From positions 1 to 51,211 of IMG/VR virus record IMGVR_UViG_3300020043_004509: a DNA stretch of 51,211 nt; one strand, given 5' to 3'. Below are positions 18,710 through 28,632 of this stretch, in pieces. The stretch comes from a virus. Taxonomy: Duplodnaviria > Caudoviricetes. The notes beneath the pieces are model-generated. The model was not told where the DNA came from. It saw only the letters and a list, made by a program, of their open reading frames with translations, and ran no database searches. The position numbers and the translations under genes were made by a program. The stretch's first letter is position 1. Each line of letters starts with the position of its first letter.

Positions 18710-19966
18710 ATGTCAGTCACTATAAACAGCATTATCACCAATCTCAATACCTTGATTGGAGATACATCTACCGACCGCGTAAGTAACGAGGAGAGGTATG
18801 AATACATCACAGAGGCTACAGCATGGCTCCTTGAAGAGCTTGGTAACGAGCATATGGTTGAGACCTATGAGCTTGACTATTTCGATACTATCAACTACTA
18901 CAAGGTAACAGGCTCTATCCCAGACCTTCTTACTAGTGCTGACCTGCGCCGTGAGAGCGATAACTACTATTCATTTGCACGTAAATCACCACGTGAACTC
19001 TCTGAAGAGATTGCACAGAAAGTTACGGAGCCTTCATGGGCTACAGAACGTCGTGACTCTGAACTATTCCTTGTTGTCAATGCACAACCACGCAACATTG
19101 CACAGGTTGTATCTAACCTAGATTCTATAACTGATGGTGGCACATGGACTGTAGACGCTACCACATCTGATGCAACTAACCTCACAACAGATACCTATAC
19201 AAAGAAGCAGGGTACAGGCTCTATAAACTTTGACGTTGATGTATCGCAGTCAGGCAATAATCGCGCCACTATATATGCTAACGACGTTGCAAATAGTAAC
19301 CTCGAACAATTTGTAGACACCGGCTCTTTTGTATTTGAAATGTACATTCCTGATGCTACATACGTTTCATCTATAACACTTAGCTGGGGTTCTGATGCTG
19401 ATGCCACACCAGCCACTAAATCAAACTACTGGACTGCAACAGTAACCACAGATATTGATGGTGAAGACCTAGCTACAGGATGGAATACCATAAAGGTTGA
19501 CTGGAATACTTCAACTATGTCTGGCGCACCTGATGAGACATCACTTACATACAATGAAATTACGCTCAATTATACTGCTAGTCAAACTGATGATACTGAT
19601 TTCCGCATTGACTATCTACGTGCAGTAAAGCCAGAGAAGCTCGTATTCCACTACATATCATGGAATGTCGGTACTGTTAGTGCCGCAGATATAACGCCAA
19701 TAACGGCATTCACTGCGATAACCAATGTACCTTTCTTCTCAGGACAGTACGACCAGTACAAGTACGCAGTCGCCCATAAAGCAGCCTCTCTAGCCTTTAG
19801 TTCACTCAGACTGCGAGAGGAGTCTACTGACGAGGATAATAAGGCAGAACAATCTCTTACTCGGTACAGAAAGAACTTCGCAGCATCCAAGACACCAGAA
19901 GTTAAATCATTTAAATTAATGGGTAATAACCTACGTCGTCGAAGTAAGTCAGGAAGAATAAGATAA
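18710..19966 (+). CDS. Head-tail adaptor-like protein with inserted beta-sandwich domain
   Basis: Helical N/C termini typical of podovirus adaptors; 'GWNTIKVDW' CBM-like insert. Confidence 0.55.
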   Translation: MSVTINSIITNLNTLIGDTSTDRVSNEERYEYITEATAWLLEELGNEHMVETYELDYFDTINYYKVTGSIPDLLTSADLRRESDNYYSFARKSPRELSEEIAQKVTEPSWATERRDSELFLVVNAQPRNIAQVVSNLDSITDGGTWTVDATTSDATNLTTDTYTKKQGTGSINFDVDVSQSGNNRATIYANDVANSNLEQFVDTGSFVFEMYIPDATYVSSITLSWGSDADATPATKSNYWTATVTTDIDGEDLATGWNTIKVDWNTSTMSGAPDETSLTYNEITLNYTASQTDDTDFRIDYLRAVKPEKLVFHYISWNVGTVSAADITPITAFTAITNVPFFSGQYDQYKYAVAHKAASLAFSSLRLREESTDEDNKAEQSLTRYRKNFAASKTPEVKSFKLMGNNLRRRSKSGRIR

Positions 19967-19967
19967 T

Positions 19968-21107
19968 ATGGATACAAATACAACACCAGAACCAGTAACT
20001 GGAGCAACAACTGACACTAACCCAATCATATCTGTTCTTGAAAAGCGTCTTACTGGACAGGCTGAGTCAGTCAGTTCTGCTCAGGGAAATGTAGAGAGTC
20101 TCATTAACACTGCTATTACTGGACTACAAAAGTCGCAGGAAGCCGGGGCTGCACGCATAACTACAGACTACCGTCAGCAAAAGGAGGATATCCTTGGTCA
20201 AGGGCAGCGTGATGTAACAGATTTCTCTGAGTCACGCTCAGGATTCGGTACACAACTTGCGGCACTTCGTAACCTTGTTGGAGACACTGACAAGAGTATT
20301 CGTGACCTTGAGACTCGTAAGCAGGATGCTCTTATGGCTAATGACGCTGCTACTGCATCTGCTATTGCCGAGATGCAACTTAAGAAGGCTGAATTTGTCA
20401 TGGAGAAGGAACAGACATTCTACAACAACCTATTCCAGATGGCTGGCATAGAGGTACAGCAGTCAGCACAGAAGCAAGCGGCTACACAATTTAAGGAGAA
20501 GCTTGATTTTGATGTTGCTCAACGAACCATAGACCGTCAAGACCGCATGGCTGGACTTGCTGCTGAGTATGGTGTAGAGATGGCCGTTGGAGATACATAC
20601 GAGAGCCTACTTGGTAAAATATCTGCTGTAGTTAAGGCTGATAAGGCTGCTGAGGCCGCTTACAAGGCTGCTTCACTTGCACAGAAAGATAAAGAAGAAC
20701 AGGCTCTTGGAGTATACGATAACTTGATTTATGACTCAATATCAAGTGGCGGAACGGCTCAGGGGGCTGCCAATGCAGTTCTTACTCATCTGCAAAAAAC
20801 AGGAGAGACATTAAGTAGGGCTGAATTTAATGAAGTCTATACTAAGGCTCAAGAGATGGAGGCTCAGTTTAAGAGAGAAAACGCACAAGCTGAAGCTGAA
20901 CAGGGTGGGGGATTCCTAGGAAGATTCTTTGGAGGTAGCACTTCAAGTAAATACGCAACCTTTGGCGGTGACTCAATCTTTAATCAAGGACAAGCTCAAA
21001 CTATCAATAAGCGTACAGAAGGGAAAGAAAATATACAGAATGTTCTTAGTGATGAGTCTGTAATTGAAAGTCCTGAAGGATACCTCAGTAGACGTTTTGG
21101 AATCTAA
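19968..21107 (+). CDS. Internal virion/ejection protein (putative)
   Basis: A/Q-rich helical 379 aa; position. Confidence 0.6.
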   Translation: MDTNTTPEPVTGATTDTNPIISVLEKRLTGQAESVSSAQGNVESLINTAITGLQKSQEAGAARITTDYRQQKEDILGQGQRDVTDFSESRSGFGTQLAALRNLVGDTDKSIRDLETRKQDALMANDAATASAIAEMQLKKAEFVMEKEQTFYNNLFQMAGIEVQQSAQKQAATQFKEKLDFDVAQRTIDRQDRMAGLAAEYGVEMAVGDTYESLLGKISAVVKADKAAEAAYKAASLAQKDKEEQALGVYDNLIYDSISSGGTAQGAANAVLTHLQKTGETLSRAEFNEVYTKAQEMEAQFKRENAQAEAEQGGGFLGRFFGGSTSSKYATFGGDSIFNQGQAQTINKRTEGKENIQNVLSDESVIESPEGYLSRRFGI

Positions 21108-21118
21108 CTTAATAAACA

Positions 21119-24100
21119 ATGCCAGTAAAAATAGGAGGAACCCGTGCTCGTACCCTAGATACATACGAAGGTCTGTATGATGTTGCATATGATTCTGGAC
21201 TACGTGACCAGGCAGACGACATTCTTGCCCGTAACTCTGGTGAAGAATATAAACAAGTATTCTCTGGAGGTACGCTCAGTGATATATTTGATGTGCTATC
21301 CCTAGACTCTTATGGTGTTGTAGGAATGCTCAAAGGTAAGAGCTTCATGGATGGCGTAAAGAACCGCGAGTCATTCTCAGACAAGGATGCCCTTGGACAG
21401 TATGGTCTAGTAGGGGGTATTCTTGGTATGGTTGCTGACATAGCAGTCTCACCTACCACCTACATAGCTCCATGGAAAGCACTAACAAAAGTACCAGGAG
21501 TAACAGCTGCTGTCGGCGCTGGTAAGAATGCACTGTTTGGCAAGACAGTCAATAAGGCAATCATGGGTGGTAAGACTTACGAAGTTCGTGAAGGTGGATT
21601 ACAGGCCGCTAAGTGGCTTTCTGATAAACTCGTGTACGGCTCTGGACAAGATAAGTCATTTATTGAAATGATGGATAAGGCACAGCGAGACCAAGGTGTC
21701 GGCACCATAGAGGCACTCAAGATGATTGAGCCACTAAAGATGCTTGACGATAAACTTGGTGAGGCACTTATAGAACGTACACCTACTGGAGCATTTCAAC
21801 GTAAAGGACTTACTCAGCTGCAACGTGAACTTGATTCTGAAACTCTAGCCAAGGTTGCACCAATCTGGAATCGTATAGATGAGTTAGGTAAAGAGTTAGT
21901 AGACCTTGGGATTCTTGGTAAAGGGAAATATGAAGAAAATCTTGGGCACTATATCAAGAACTCGTATCTTGAATATGAACAGGCAAGCAAGAAGGGTAAT
22001 CGTCGTGGACTGGGTATGTTTGGTGTTAGTGGTCAGAAGGCTCGTAAAGACCTTGACCTTAAGACCCGTGAGGAACTTCAACAGATAGAGAGTCCAGCTT
22101 ATCTAGCTGCGTCTACACTACTTAAGATGAATCGTGACGTTGTTCAGGGTCGTCTAATGAAGAACCTTAACGAGAAGTTTGGTTCTGATATAGCTTTTGA
22201 AGGTGCCGAACTTATTCCAAAGACCAAGCGTTTCGAGACATCACAAGGAAAGATATACGAGAAGGCCGCAAAGCTCAAGGAAGTTCGTGATGCCGAGAGA
22301 AAAGAGGTTAAGGGTCTTACTAAGTTATTTTCTAAAGATAAGAAAATTGCCACCGCCATTCGACAGATTGAGCGACTTAAGGATAATGCTACGACACGTA
22401 GTACTAAGGAGCTTAATAAGTACTTTGAAGCTGGTGCTCGTAAAGCTGATGAGATTGTTGGTGAGGATGGTGTACGTGACTTCTCATTTGGTTTTGCTAA
22501 GGAGAATAAATACATCAGTGGAACTAAGGCGAAGGTAAAGGAAGGCTTTGATGAGCGTTCTCCTGTAGGGGCTACAACCAAGACAGGAATCAAGGATAAT
22601 ATAAATCCACAAGCTCTTAAGAAGTCACTCTCTGAAATGTCACTCCTTAAGAAGAAGTTCATCGACGAGAACCGTGGATTTAAACGCGGAGCTACAACTA
22701 AGAAGGCCAGCATAAGCGAGTACCAAGACGCACTCATAAAGATAATTGAGAAGAACTTTGAGCTTAAGGATATGGGCAAGTTCCGTAGACTCATTAAGAA
22801 TACTACTGATGAGAAGTCTCTTAATAAGGCAATCTCTCGACTCATGCGTGAGGCAGAAGTGCTTGATGAGAAGACTATGCAGGCAGCCGGTGAGTCAGCC
22901 CTCAACAAGGCAGTAAAGCTCCAGAAGGAGGTTGTGCGTCTTGCTATGAAGTCTGATAAGCTTACTCAGGGAGAGAAGGCACAGATACAGAAGGCAATGC
23001 TCGACTCTGAGGCGCGATTGAGTACACTACGCTTTAAGAAAGAAGATATCCTTGACGAGATTGATATGGATAGGATGGGCGACCTTGCTGGTAAGTATAT
23101 CCCTAAAGAGATGAAGGAGTTCATTGATGAGATGAATAAGGCATCTGACACTGGCATAGGGGCGCAGATTATGGCGGAGTTTAAGTTCTCTAAGGTAGTT
23201 CTGTCACCAGCCACACACATCCGTAACGTGTTATCAAACATGACACTTAACTGGTGGAAGCTTGGTATGGTTCCTAATCCAGCAGCATTTGTTAAGGCAT
23301 GGGGTGAGATTTCAAGTGATGCGCCTATTGTACAGAGGGCACGTAAGGCTGGGCTTGGTGCATCTACCTTTGCCTCACAGGAACTTAAGGGGCTTCTAGA
23401 TGACCCACAGATGCTTGGTATTAGTGACAAGGTAGGAAGTAAATGGACTCGATGGAAGAAGACCATCGGAGATGTGTACCAGAAAGAGGAAGAGGTTGCT
23501 AAACTCATGGCATTTAAGCACGGCATTAAGAAGGGGCTTACTGATGAGCAGGCATGGAAGGCAGCTGAAGAGGCAACCTTCAACTACGCACAAGTAACCC
23601 CATTCATAAAGAACCTACGAACCTCACTATACGGAGCACCATTCATTACTTTTGCTGTCAAGGCTCTACCTGCTGCTATAGAAACAGCTGGTCGTAGCCC
23701 CGGACGTATAGCATTCTTTCAGAAGCTTCGCAATGCTATAGAGGAACAATCTCCTGATATTAAGGAGACAGAGGAAGAGAAGGCTGCTATGCCTGACTGG
23801 ATGAAGGAGGGATTCTTCATTAAGTGGCCTTGGGGCAAAGATGAACATGGGCGCACACCCTATATAGACCTTACCTACATCATTCCATTCAGTTCACTCA
23901 TCACTCAGGGTGCAGACGTTGTACGCTCTGTATCTGGCGAGAAGGGAACAGGACGTAGTGAAACACTTGGGCAGGCAGGTCTTTCTGAGACACCATTCCT
24001 TAACATCATTAAGGAAATCGGCAGTAACAAGGACTTTGCCGGGAATAAGATTGTTAAGGAAACTGACCCTATAGAACAGCAAGTCATAGACCTGTCTATG

Positions 24101-24400
24101 TACTTTGCTAAGACATTCGCACCACCACCGATTGCTGCACAGATTCCTGTAGGATACAATCAGACTTCCGGTGAACGTGTAGATGCGGGTCTGTACAAGT
24201 CATGGATGCTCGGTGATGAACCTAAGCAGGCTGAGACACTCGCCCAGGAACTAGCATCTTATGGTGCTCTGAAGATACGTCCATTCGATGAAGAGATTCA
24301 ATCAGGAATCAATGACTGGAATAAACGTACTGAACTTGAGAAGCTACTTGTAGACAATGGAGTACTGAAAAGATACTCGTCCGTATACGAGCCTAAATAA
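21119..24400 (+). CDS. Large internal virion/ejection protein
   Basis: 1093 aa at end of structural arm; C-terminal 'EEATFNY...PFITF...MPDWMKEG' resembles large polyvalent/ejection protein C-termini. Confidence 0.65.
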   Translation: MPVKIGGTRARTLDTYEGLYDVAYDSGLRDQADDILARNSGEEYKQVFSGGTLSDIFDVLSLDSYGVVGMLKGKSFMDGVKNRESFSDKDALGQYGLVGGILGMVADIAVSPTTYIAPWKALTKVPGVTAAVGAGKNALFGKTVNKAIMGGKTYEVREGGLQAAKWLSDKLVYGSGQDKSFIEMMDKAQRDQGVGTIEALKMIEPLKMLDDKLGEALIERTPTGAFQRKGLTQLQRELDSETLAKVAPIWNRIDELGKELVDLGILGKGKYEENLGHYIKNSYLEYEQASKKGNRRGLGMFGVSGQKARKDLDLKTREELQQIESPAYLAASTLLKMNRDVVQGRLMKNLNEKFGSDIAFEGAELIPKTKRFETSQGKIYEKAAKLKEVRDAERKEVKGLTKLFSKDKKIATAIRQIERLKDNATTRSTKELNKYFEAGARKADEIVGEDGVRDFSFGFAKENKYISGTKAKVKEGFDERSPVGATTKTGIKDNINPQALKKSLSEMSLLKKKFIDENRGFKRGATTKKASISEYQDALIKIIEKNFELKDMGKFRRLIKNTTDEKSLNKAISRLMREAEVLDEKTMQAAGESALNKAVKLQKEVVRLAMKSDKLTQGEKAQIQKAMLDSEARLSTLRFKKEDILDEIDMDRMGDLAGKYIPKEMKEFIDEMNKASDTGIGAQIMAEFKFSKVVLSPATHIRNVLSNMTLNWWKLGMVPNPAAFVKAWGEISSDAPIVQRARKAGLGASTFASQELKGLLDDPQMLGISDKVGSKWTRWKKTIGDVYQKEEEVAKLMAFKHGIKKGLTDEQAWKAAEEATFNYAQVTPFIKNLRTSLYGAPFITFAVKALPAAIETAGRSPGRIAFFQKLRNAIEEQSPDIKETEEEKAAMPDWMKEGFFIKWPWGKDEHGRTPYIDLTYIIPFSSLITQGADVVRSVSGEKGTGRSETLGQAGLSETPFLNIIKEIGSNKDFAGNKIVKETDPIEQQVIDLSMYFAKTFAPPPIAAQIPVGYNQTSGERVDAGLYKSWMLGDEPKQAETLAQELASYGALKIRPFDEEIQSGINDWNKRTELEKLLVDNGVLKRYSSVYEPK

Positions 24401-24404
24401 CACA

Positions 24405-24437
24405 AAAAGACGACACCCATACTAGGTGTCGTCTTTT
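24405..24437. terminator. Bidirectional rho-independent terminator between arms
   Basis: AAAAGACGACACC-7-GGTGTCGTCTTTT perfect 13-bp stem. Confidence 0.9.
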
Positions 24438-24463
24438 CTATTTAAACCTCGCTACGGTCAATT

Positions 24464-24838
24464 CTAGACCTCTAGCGCGATGATTATGTTGGCTATGTGG
24501 TCTGTAAGTCGTTCACGTTCGTTGGCTATGGCATCAATGGTGGTATATCGTTCTACGCCAACCATGTACAGAGGGTCTGTTATGTCGTGGCAAAGCTCAT
24601 GGATGAGGCACTGACGTAGCTCTTCCTTGTCACCATCACGCCAGTATCTCATGGCTGCTTCACCATACTTGAGGTGGCAGGTCTTGTATGGGTACATATT
24701 GGCATGTTCCATTAGACTGCTGCTCCTCAGACTCTCAACGTACTGAATCGAGAATGTATGGTCTTGAACAAGCAACACTTTTCTGTACTTGTCAACTACC
24801 TTATGCACCCATTTCTCAAATTCTTTTCTATCCTTCAT
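24464..24838 (-). CDS. HEXXH zincin-like protein (start re-called at 24838)
   Basis: 'LIHELCH' with downstream E in 'NERERL'. Confidence 0.6.
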   Translation of the reverse strand: MKDRKEFEKWVHKVVDKYRKVLLVQDHTFSIQYVESLRSSSLMEHANMYPYKTCHLKYGEAAMRYWRDGDKEELRQCLIHELCHDITDPLYMVGVERYTTIDAIANERERLTDHIANIIIALEV

Positions 24839-25193
24839 ATCGTGACAAGATGTCTTCATCACGTACAAATAGGAAGTCTACACCCTCGCTGCGAACCTTG
24901 ACTGATGAGTACTTACCAAAGATTACAAAGTCTCCTTCCTTAACAGGTGATGGCTCGCGTACGCCAGACTCCAGTAAGCGGCCGCGCCCAACCTTAAGAA
25001 CAAGACCAAACTCAGGCTTATCCTCGTATTGATTAGGCCGGAATACCTTTCCTTCCTGCTCAAAGTCTACAGCAGCGATGAGTACGTTATCCTGTAGTAG
25101 CTGGTGCTTCAGCAGGTTTCTCACTTCCTCCTGTGACTTCGCCTTCTCCACTAGTGTCTGAAGCTGTTCCTTGATTGTCATCTGTAGATTCAT
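24828..25193 (-). CDS. groES: Co-chaperonin GroES
   Basis: 'LQDNVLI', 'GLVLKVGRGR', 'VKEGDFVIFGKYS', 'VRDEDIL'. Confidence 0.9.
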   Translation of the reverse strand: MNLQMTIKEQLQTLVEKAKSQEEVRNLLKHQLLQDNVLIAAVDFEQEGKVFRPNQYEDKPEFGLVLKVGRGRLLESGVREPSPVKEGDFVIFGKYSSVKVRSEGVDFLFVRDEDILSRYEG

Positions 25194-25389
25194 TAACTTT
25201 TAAGATTACTACCTGAGCATCTGGTCGGAATGAACCATCGCCATTCTGTCGAATCCGTGGCAAGAGACCAGCTGCGTAAGTTTCTCCCATTGCCTTGGTT
25301 GCCTTAGTTCCGTATGTAACAAACAAACTACGCATCTTTTCTACTAACTCCTGTGTGAGCTTTTCTACTTTACTTGGTGTCTGTGGCAT
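25087..25389 (-). CDS. Hypothetical protein between groEL and groES
   Basis: ORF overlapping both neighbours; acidic disordered C-terminus. Confidence 0.55.
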   Translation of the reverse strand: MPQTPSKVEKLTQELVEKMRSLFVTYGTKATKAMGETYAAGLLPRIRQNGDGSFRPDAQVVILKVNESTDDNQGTASDTSGEGEVTGGSEKPAEAPATTG

Positions 25390-26899
25390 TTTCTTTCTGG
25401 TTAACAATGATAAATCCGCTGGTCAGTACTGCGATAGCTACGGATGTTGCGTTAATAATTGCAAGCTTTGTAACTTCGTATGGGTCGATAACTCCTGCTT
25501 TAAGTAAATCCTCGAAGGTGTCTGTCTTGGCATTGTACCCGTAGGTATCTGTTGTCATGGACAGTATGTAGTCTTCGTGCTTCCCGCAGTTGCGTGCAAT
25601 CTGACGTAGGCTTGACTCTCCGAACTTAAGGTACATCGGGTCTGATTCTTCACGTGTTGCAGCATATAGAGCGAGGCCGCCGCCGACAAGATAACCATCG
25701 CGTAGAGCAGACCGAGTAGCATTAATTGAATCTTCATAACGATAGATGTTTTCTTGTACCTCAATCTGAGTAGCCCCTCCTACATTCACTGTGACTACAC
25801 CATTAGTAAGGGATGATAAGCGTCGTTCAAACTCTTTGTTGTCTGGCTCTGACTCCTTCTCCTTCTTCACTGACTCAATAAGGTCGAGCAGTTTAGGGTT
25901 GTAAGGATTGACTGTCTGGAACACAGAACGGTCTCGTGTGGCATATACCTTTGCTGCAACGATGAAGTCATCGACAGTAATCTTACCAACAAGCTTCCCT
26001 GACTTCTCTGTGATGGCTTCACCGCCGAGGAAGGTAGCCAGGTCATAGATTGGTGACATGTCACGGTCTCCAGTATCAAGCTTAACCAAGAGTAGGTTGA
26101 TGTACTTATTAATATGGTTTGCCATGAGGAAGTTTGGCGCTTTACCAATGAAGTCTCGTGCAACAATCACAAGGTTCTGGATACCATTCTCTAGGGCTGC
26201 TGCAAGGATAGACTGACATTCCTCTTCATAATAGAGTCGCTTGTCTGTAACGAGTACGTGCACATTCTCATAGGTTGCCCGCCCTACGCCGTCATTGGCA
26301 AGCTCCTGTGCGAATAGGCCTGTGCTAACTACATACCCGGTATCCTCTACTACCTCTGTCTTACCTGTGAGAGATTGGTTAATGAAGACAAGACCTGATT
26401 CTCCTGCTGACTTAACTACCTTAAGTACATTCTCAGCAATCTCAGCATCGTTGTTTGAGGAGATAGATGCAATACTTAGAAGCTGTGCGTCATCCTCTAC
26501 CTTGATAGGATTAAGGTTCTCAGTGACTCGTTTACTGAAGTCTAGTAGTTCCTTACGCAACTCCATCTCATTCATTCCGTCGTCAATCTTCTTGTACCCT
26601 GCCTTGATTAGGTTTGATGCTAGGAGAGTTGTGGTTGTTGTACCATCTCCAGCAGCTCGATTTGTTTCAAGGGCAGCATACTTAATCACTCGTATGATTG
26701 CATCCTCTACAGGGTCTTCAGATTCAATCTGCTTTGCAATAGTAACGCCGTCGTTAGTGACAAAGATGCCACCATGTGAGTCTTCAAACAGCACGTTTTT
26801 CCCTTTTGGTGATAGGGTCTGCACCACAGGTTCTGTGATGAGGTCTACTCCAGAGAGGATACGTGAGCGAATCTCACGACTATTTTTTATTTGTTTCAT
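25370..26899 (-). CDS. groEL: Chaperonin GroEL (phage type, no GGM tail)
   Basis: 'TLSPKGKNV', 'VTNDGVTIAK', 'AGDGTTT', 'GVIDPYEV'. Confidence 0.95.
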   Translation of the reverse strand: MKQIKNSREIRSRILSGVDLITEPVVQTLSPKGKNVLFEDSHGGIFVTNDGVTIAKQIESEDPVEDAIIRVIKYAALETNRAAGDGTTTTTLLASNLIKAGYKKIDDGMNEMELRKELLDFSKRVTENLNPIKVEDDAQLLSIASISSNNDAEIAENVLKVVKSAGESGLVFINQSLTGKTEVVEDTGYVVSTGLFAQELANDGVGRATYENVHVLVTDKRLYYEEECQSILAAALENGIQNLVIVARDFIGKAPNFLMANHINKYINLLLVKLDTGDRDMSPIYDLATFLGGEAITEKSGKLVGKITVDDFIVAAKVYATRDRSVFQTVNPYNPKLLDLIESVKKEKESEPDNKEFERRLSSLTNGVVTVNVGGATQIEVQENIYRYEDSINATRSALRDGYLVGGGLALYAATREESDPMYLKFGESSLRQIARNCGKHEDYILSMTTDTYGYNAKTDTFEDLLKAGVIDPYEVTKLAIINATSVAIAVLTSGFIIVNQKENATDTK

Positions 26900-27473
26900 T
26901 AGTTGAGAATCTTTTATTTGCTAGTAATGCTGCAAGCTTTGATGTCAGCTGTGCGATGAGCATCTTAAGCTGTTCAATCTTTTCCATGTCTTCCTCAGTA
27001 GTATTAACTAGGCCAGAGAAATGAGTGTCTGTCAAGCGCTTGCCGTAACATGTCTTGTTGGCAAACTTACGATGGGGGAAGATGTGATTGACTGTAATCT
27101 GTGGGTACTGAGCAACAATGGTATTGTACAATCGTCTAAATGACTTCTCCTGTGCCTTTGTAGGCAGTGTTAGGTCAAAGTTTCCCGATAGACAGATACC
27201 AATAGAGCTGCGATTCTGACCCAGTGTGTGTGCCCCTTCCTCTGTGTAGCCGCGACACTGTACAATCTTACCACTCTTCTCAATGACAAAGTGATATCCT
27301 ACATGATAGTCTGCACCCTTGTCGTTCTTGAATTGGCTTGATGTAAATCCAGGCCATCGTTCCTTGTGCCAGATGTCTATGTCCTGTGCCGTAGAGCCTG
27401 ACGAGTCTGCTAGTGGCTGCGCATCACTTCCGCCTGTGTGATGAACTATAATCTTTGTCGGGTTATTCTTCAA
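26880..27473 (-). CDS. N-acetylmuramoyl-L-alanine amidase (Amidase_2) endolysin
   Basis: 'IIVHHT', 'GYHFVI', 'GAHTLGQNRSSIGICLSGNF', 'HR..NKTCYG'. Confidence 0.9.
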   Translation of the reverse strand: MKNNPTKIIVHHTGGSDAQPLADSSGSTAQDIDIWHKERWPGFTSSQFKNDKGADYHVGYHFVIEKSGKIVQCRGYTEEGAHTLGQNRSSIGICLSGNFDLTLPTKAQEKSFRRLYNTIVAQYPQITVNHIFPHRKFANKTCYGKRLTDTHFSGLVNTTEEDMEKIEQLKMLIAQLTSKLAALLANKRFSTNETNKK

Positions 27474-27966
27474 ATTGCTGTAGCTTATCTTGTAATTTAA
27501 GAATCTCTGTGTGATATTCCTTTTGCGTCCATTCTTTAGTAGTCACCTTGGCTGCATAGTCAGCATCAAGTTTCTTTACCCACTTCTCTCCGTACCTATT
27601 GACAAGAGCTTGTCTGTATGGGATAAGTTTACCTGGTGAGAAGCGTGGGTTATTGCATGACGGGCATTCACCATGTATGTTACGCTCATCGAACAGAAGA
27701 GCAAAACCACAATCTCCTGCTGGAGCGTAATGACCAGCTTGTGAATCCTTCCATGTATTAAATTCCTTGCCGCAAGAGATACACGTTCCATACTTATTAA
27801 AATCTCTCATGCGGATGTACTTGGATAGTAGGTTCCAATAGATGCCCTTGCGCCCTACATACCTCCAGTACGACAACTTCAAGCCATACTCTTCTTCAAG
27901 TTCCTTCTGCTTGTCTAGCTTCTTTGAGTTGTCTTTTGGTTTACGCTTGAATCCTGAGCGCCTCAT
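27463..27966 (-). CDS. NinG/Rap-like HNH recombination endonuclease
   Basis: 'IRMRD..CISCG...AGHY...FDERNIHGECPSCN'. Confidence 0.85.
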   Translation of the reverse strand: MRRSGFKRKPKDNSKKLDKQKELEEEYGLKLSYWRYVGRKGIYWNLLSKYIRMRDFNKYGTCISCGKEFNTWKDSQAGHYAPAGDCGFALLFDERNIHGECPSCNNPRFSPGKLIPYRQALVNRYGEKWVKKLDADYAAKVTTKEWTQKEYHTEILKLQDKLQQFEE

Positions 27967-28097
27967 AATCCTAACTTATTGCGCAGGTAGTCAGATATCT
28001 TAGCAAACCCTCCCTTCTCTGCCTTATCTTCTATAATCTTCTTCTCTTCGCGCGTTACTCGAAAGATAAGGAACTTACTCTTTGTTATCTTGCTCAT
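27963..28097 (-). CDS. Ribbon-helix-helix DNA-binding protein (44 aa), not in ORF track
   Basis: MSKITKSKFLIFRVTREEKKIIEDKAEKGGFAKISDYLRNKLGL; CopG/MobC-like pattern; ATGA overlap. Confidence 0.7.
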   Translation of the reverse strand: MSKITKSKFLIFRVTREEKKIIEDKAEKGGFAKISDYLRNKLGL

Positions 28098-28632
28098 CTA
28101 TAATTTTATCTAGGCTTCGGTACAAGGTCTCATGTTCTCCCTTCTTACCATAAATCGTATAATCTACCTCAATCAAATCTTGCTCTACTTCAGACTGGTG
28201 TGTGCTCTTTGATACAACATCGTCACGCAAGATGCGAATCAACTTACCTGATGGTGACTTGACTGCCGCTGCCTCATTCAGGAAGCGTACATCGTCAACT
28301 ACAATACTCTTGCCTTGTCGAAGCAACTCAATAACACTGTCACTCCACTTATTAATCCAGTACTCAGAGTTATCTTTGCGTCGTATCTCAGTACCATAGT
28401 TCTGCATGAGAGCACGCATGATTGGAGGCTTGGTATTAAACAGGAAATCTAAGTCACCTAGTTCTCCATCGTGAATCAATGTGAGTTCCTGTAGAACATC
28501 TGGCAGGTTCTCTTTCATTTCCCTAACAAGAGCATCCTTGAAGTTTACCTTTACAAATCCGTACTTCTCTACTAAGTAGTTTGATGCTGTGCTTTTACCT
28601 GCTCCAGCCTTCCCTGTGAATCCGATTATCAT
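28075..28632 (-). CDS. Deoxynucleoside monophosphate kinase
   Basis: 'IIGFTGKAGAGKST', 'MQNYGTEIRR', 'DDVRFLNE', 'HQSE'. Confidence 0.9.
   Translation of the reverse strand: MIIGFTGKAGAGKSTASNYLVEKYGFVKVNFKDALVREMKENLPDVLQELTLIHDGELGDLDFLFNTKPPIMRALMQNYGTEIRRKDNSEYWINKWSDSVIELLRQGKSIVVDDVRFLNEAAAVKSPSGKLIRILRDDVVSKSTHQSEVEQDLIEVDYTIYGKKGEHETLYRSLDKIIDEQDNKE

Noticed and set aside
22144-23583. Long antisense ORFs (254 and 205 aa) opposite the ejection protein
   Set aside because: Shadow frames of a codon-biased gene; S/L/F-rich with no motifs. The same applies to 26295-26906 and 30395-30940.
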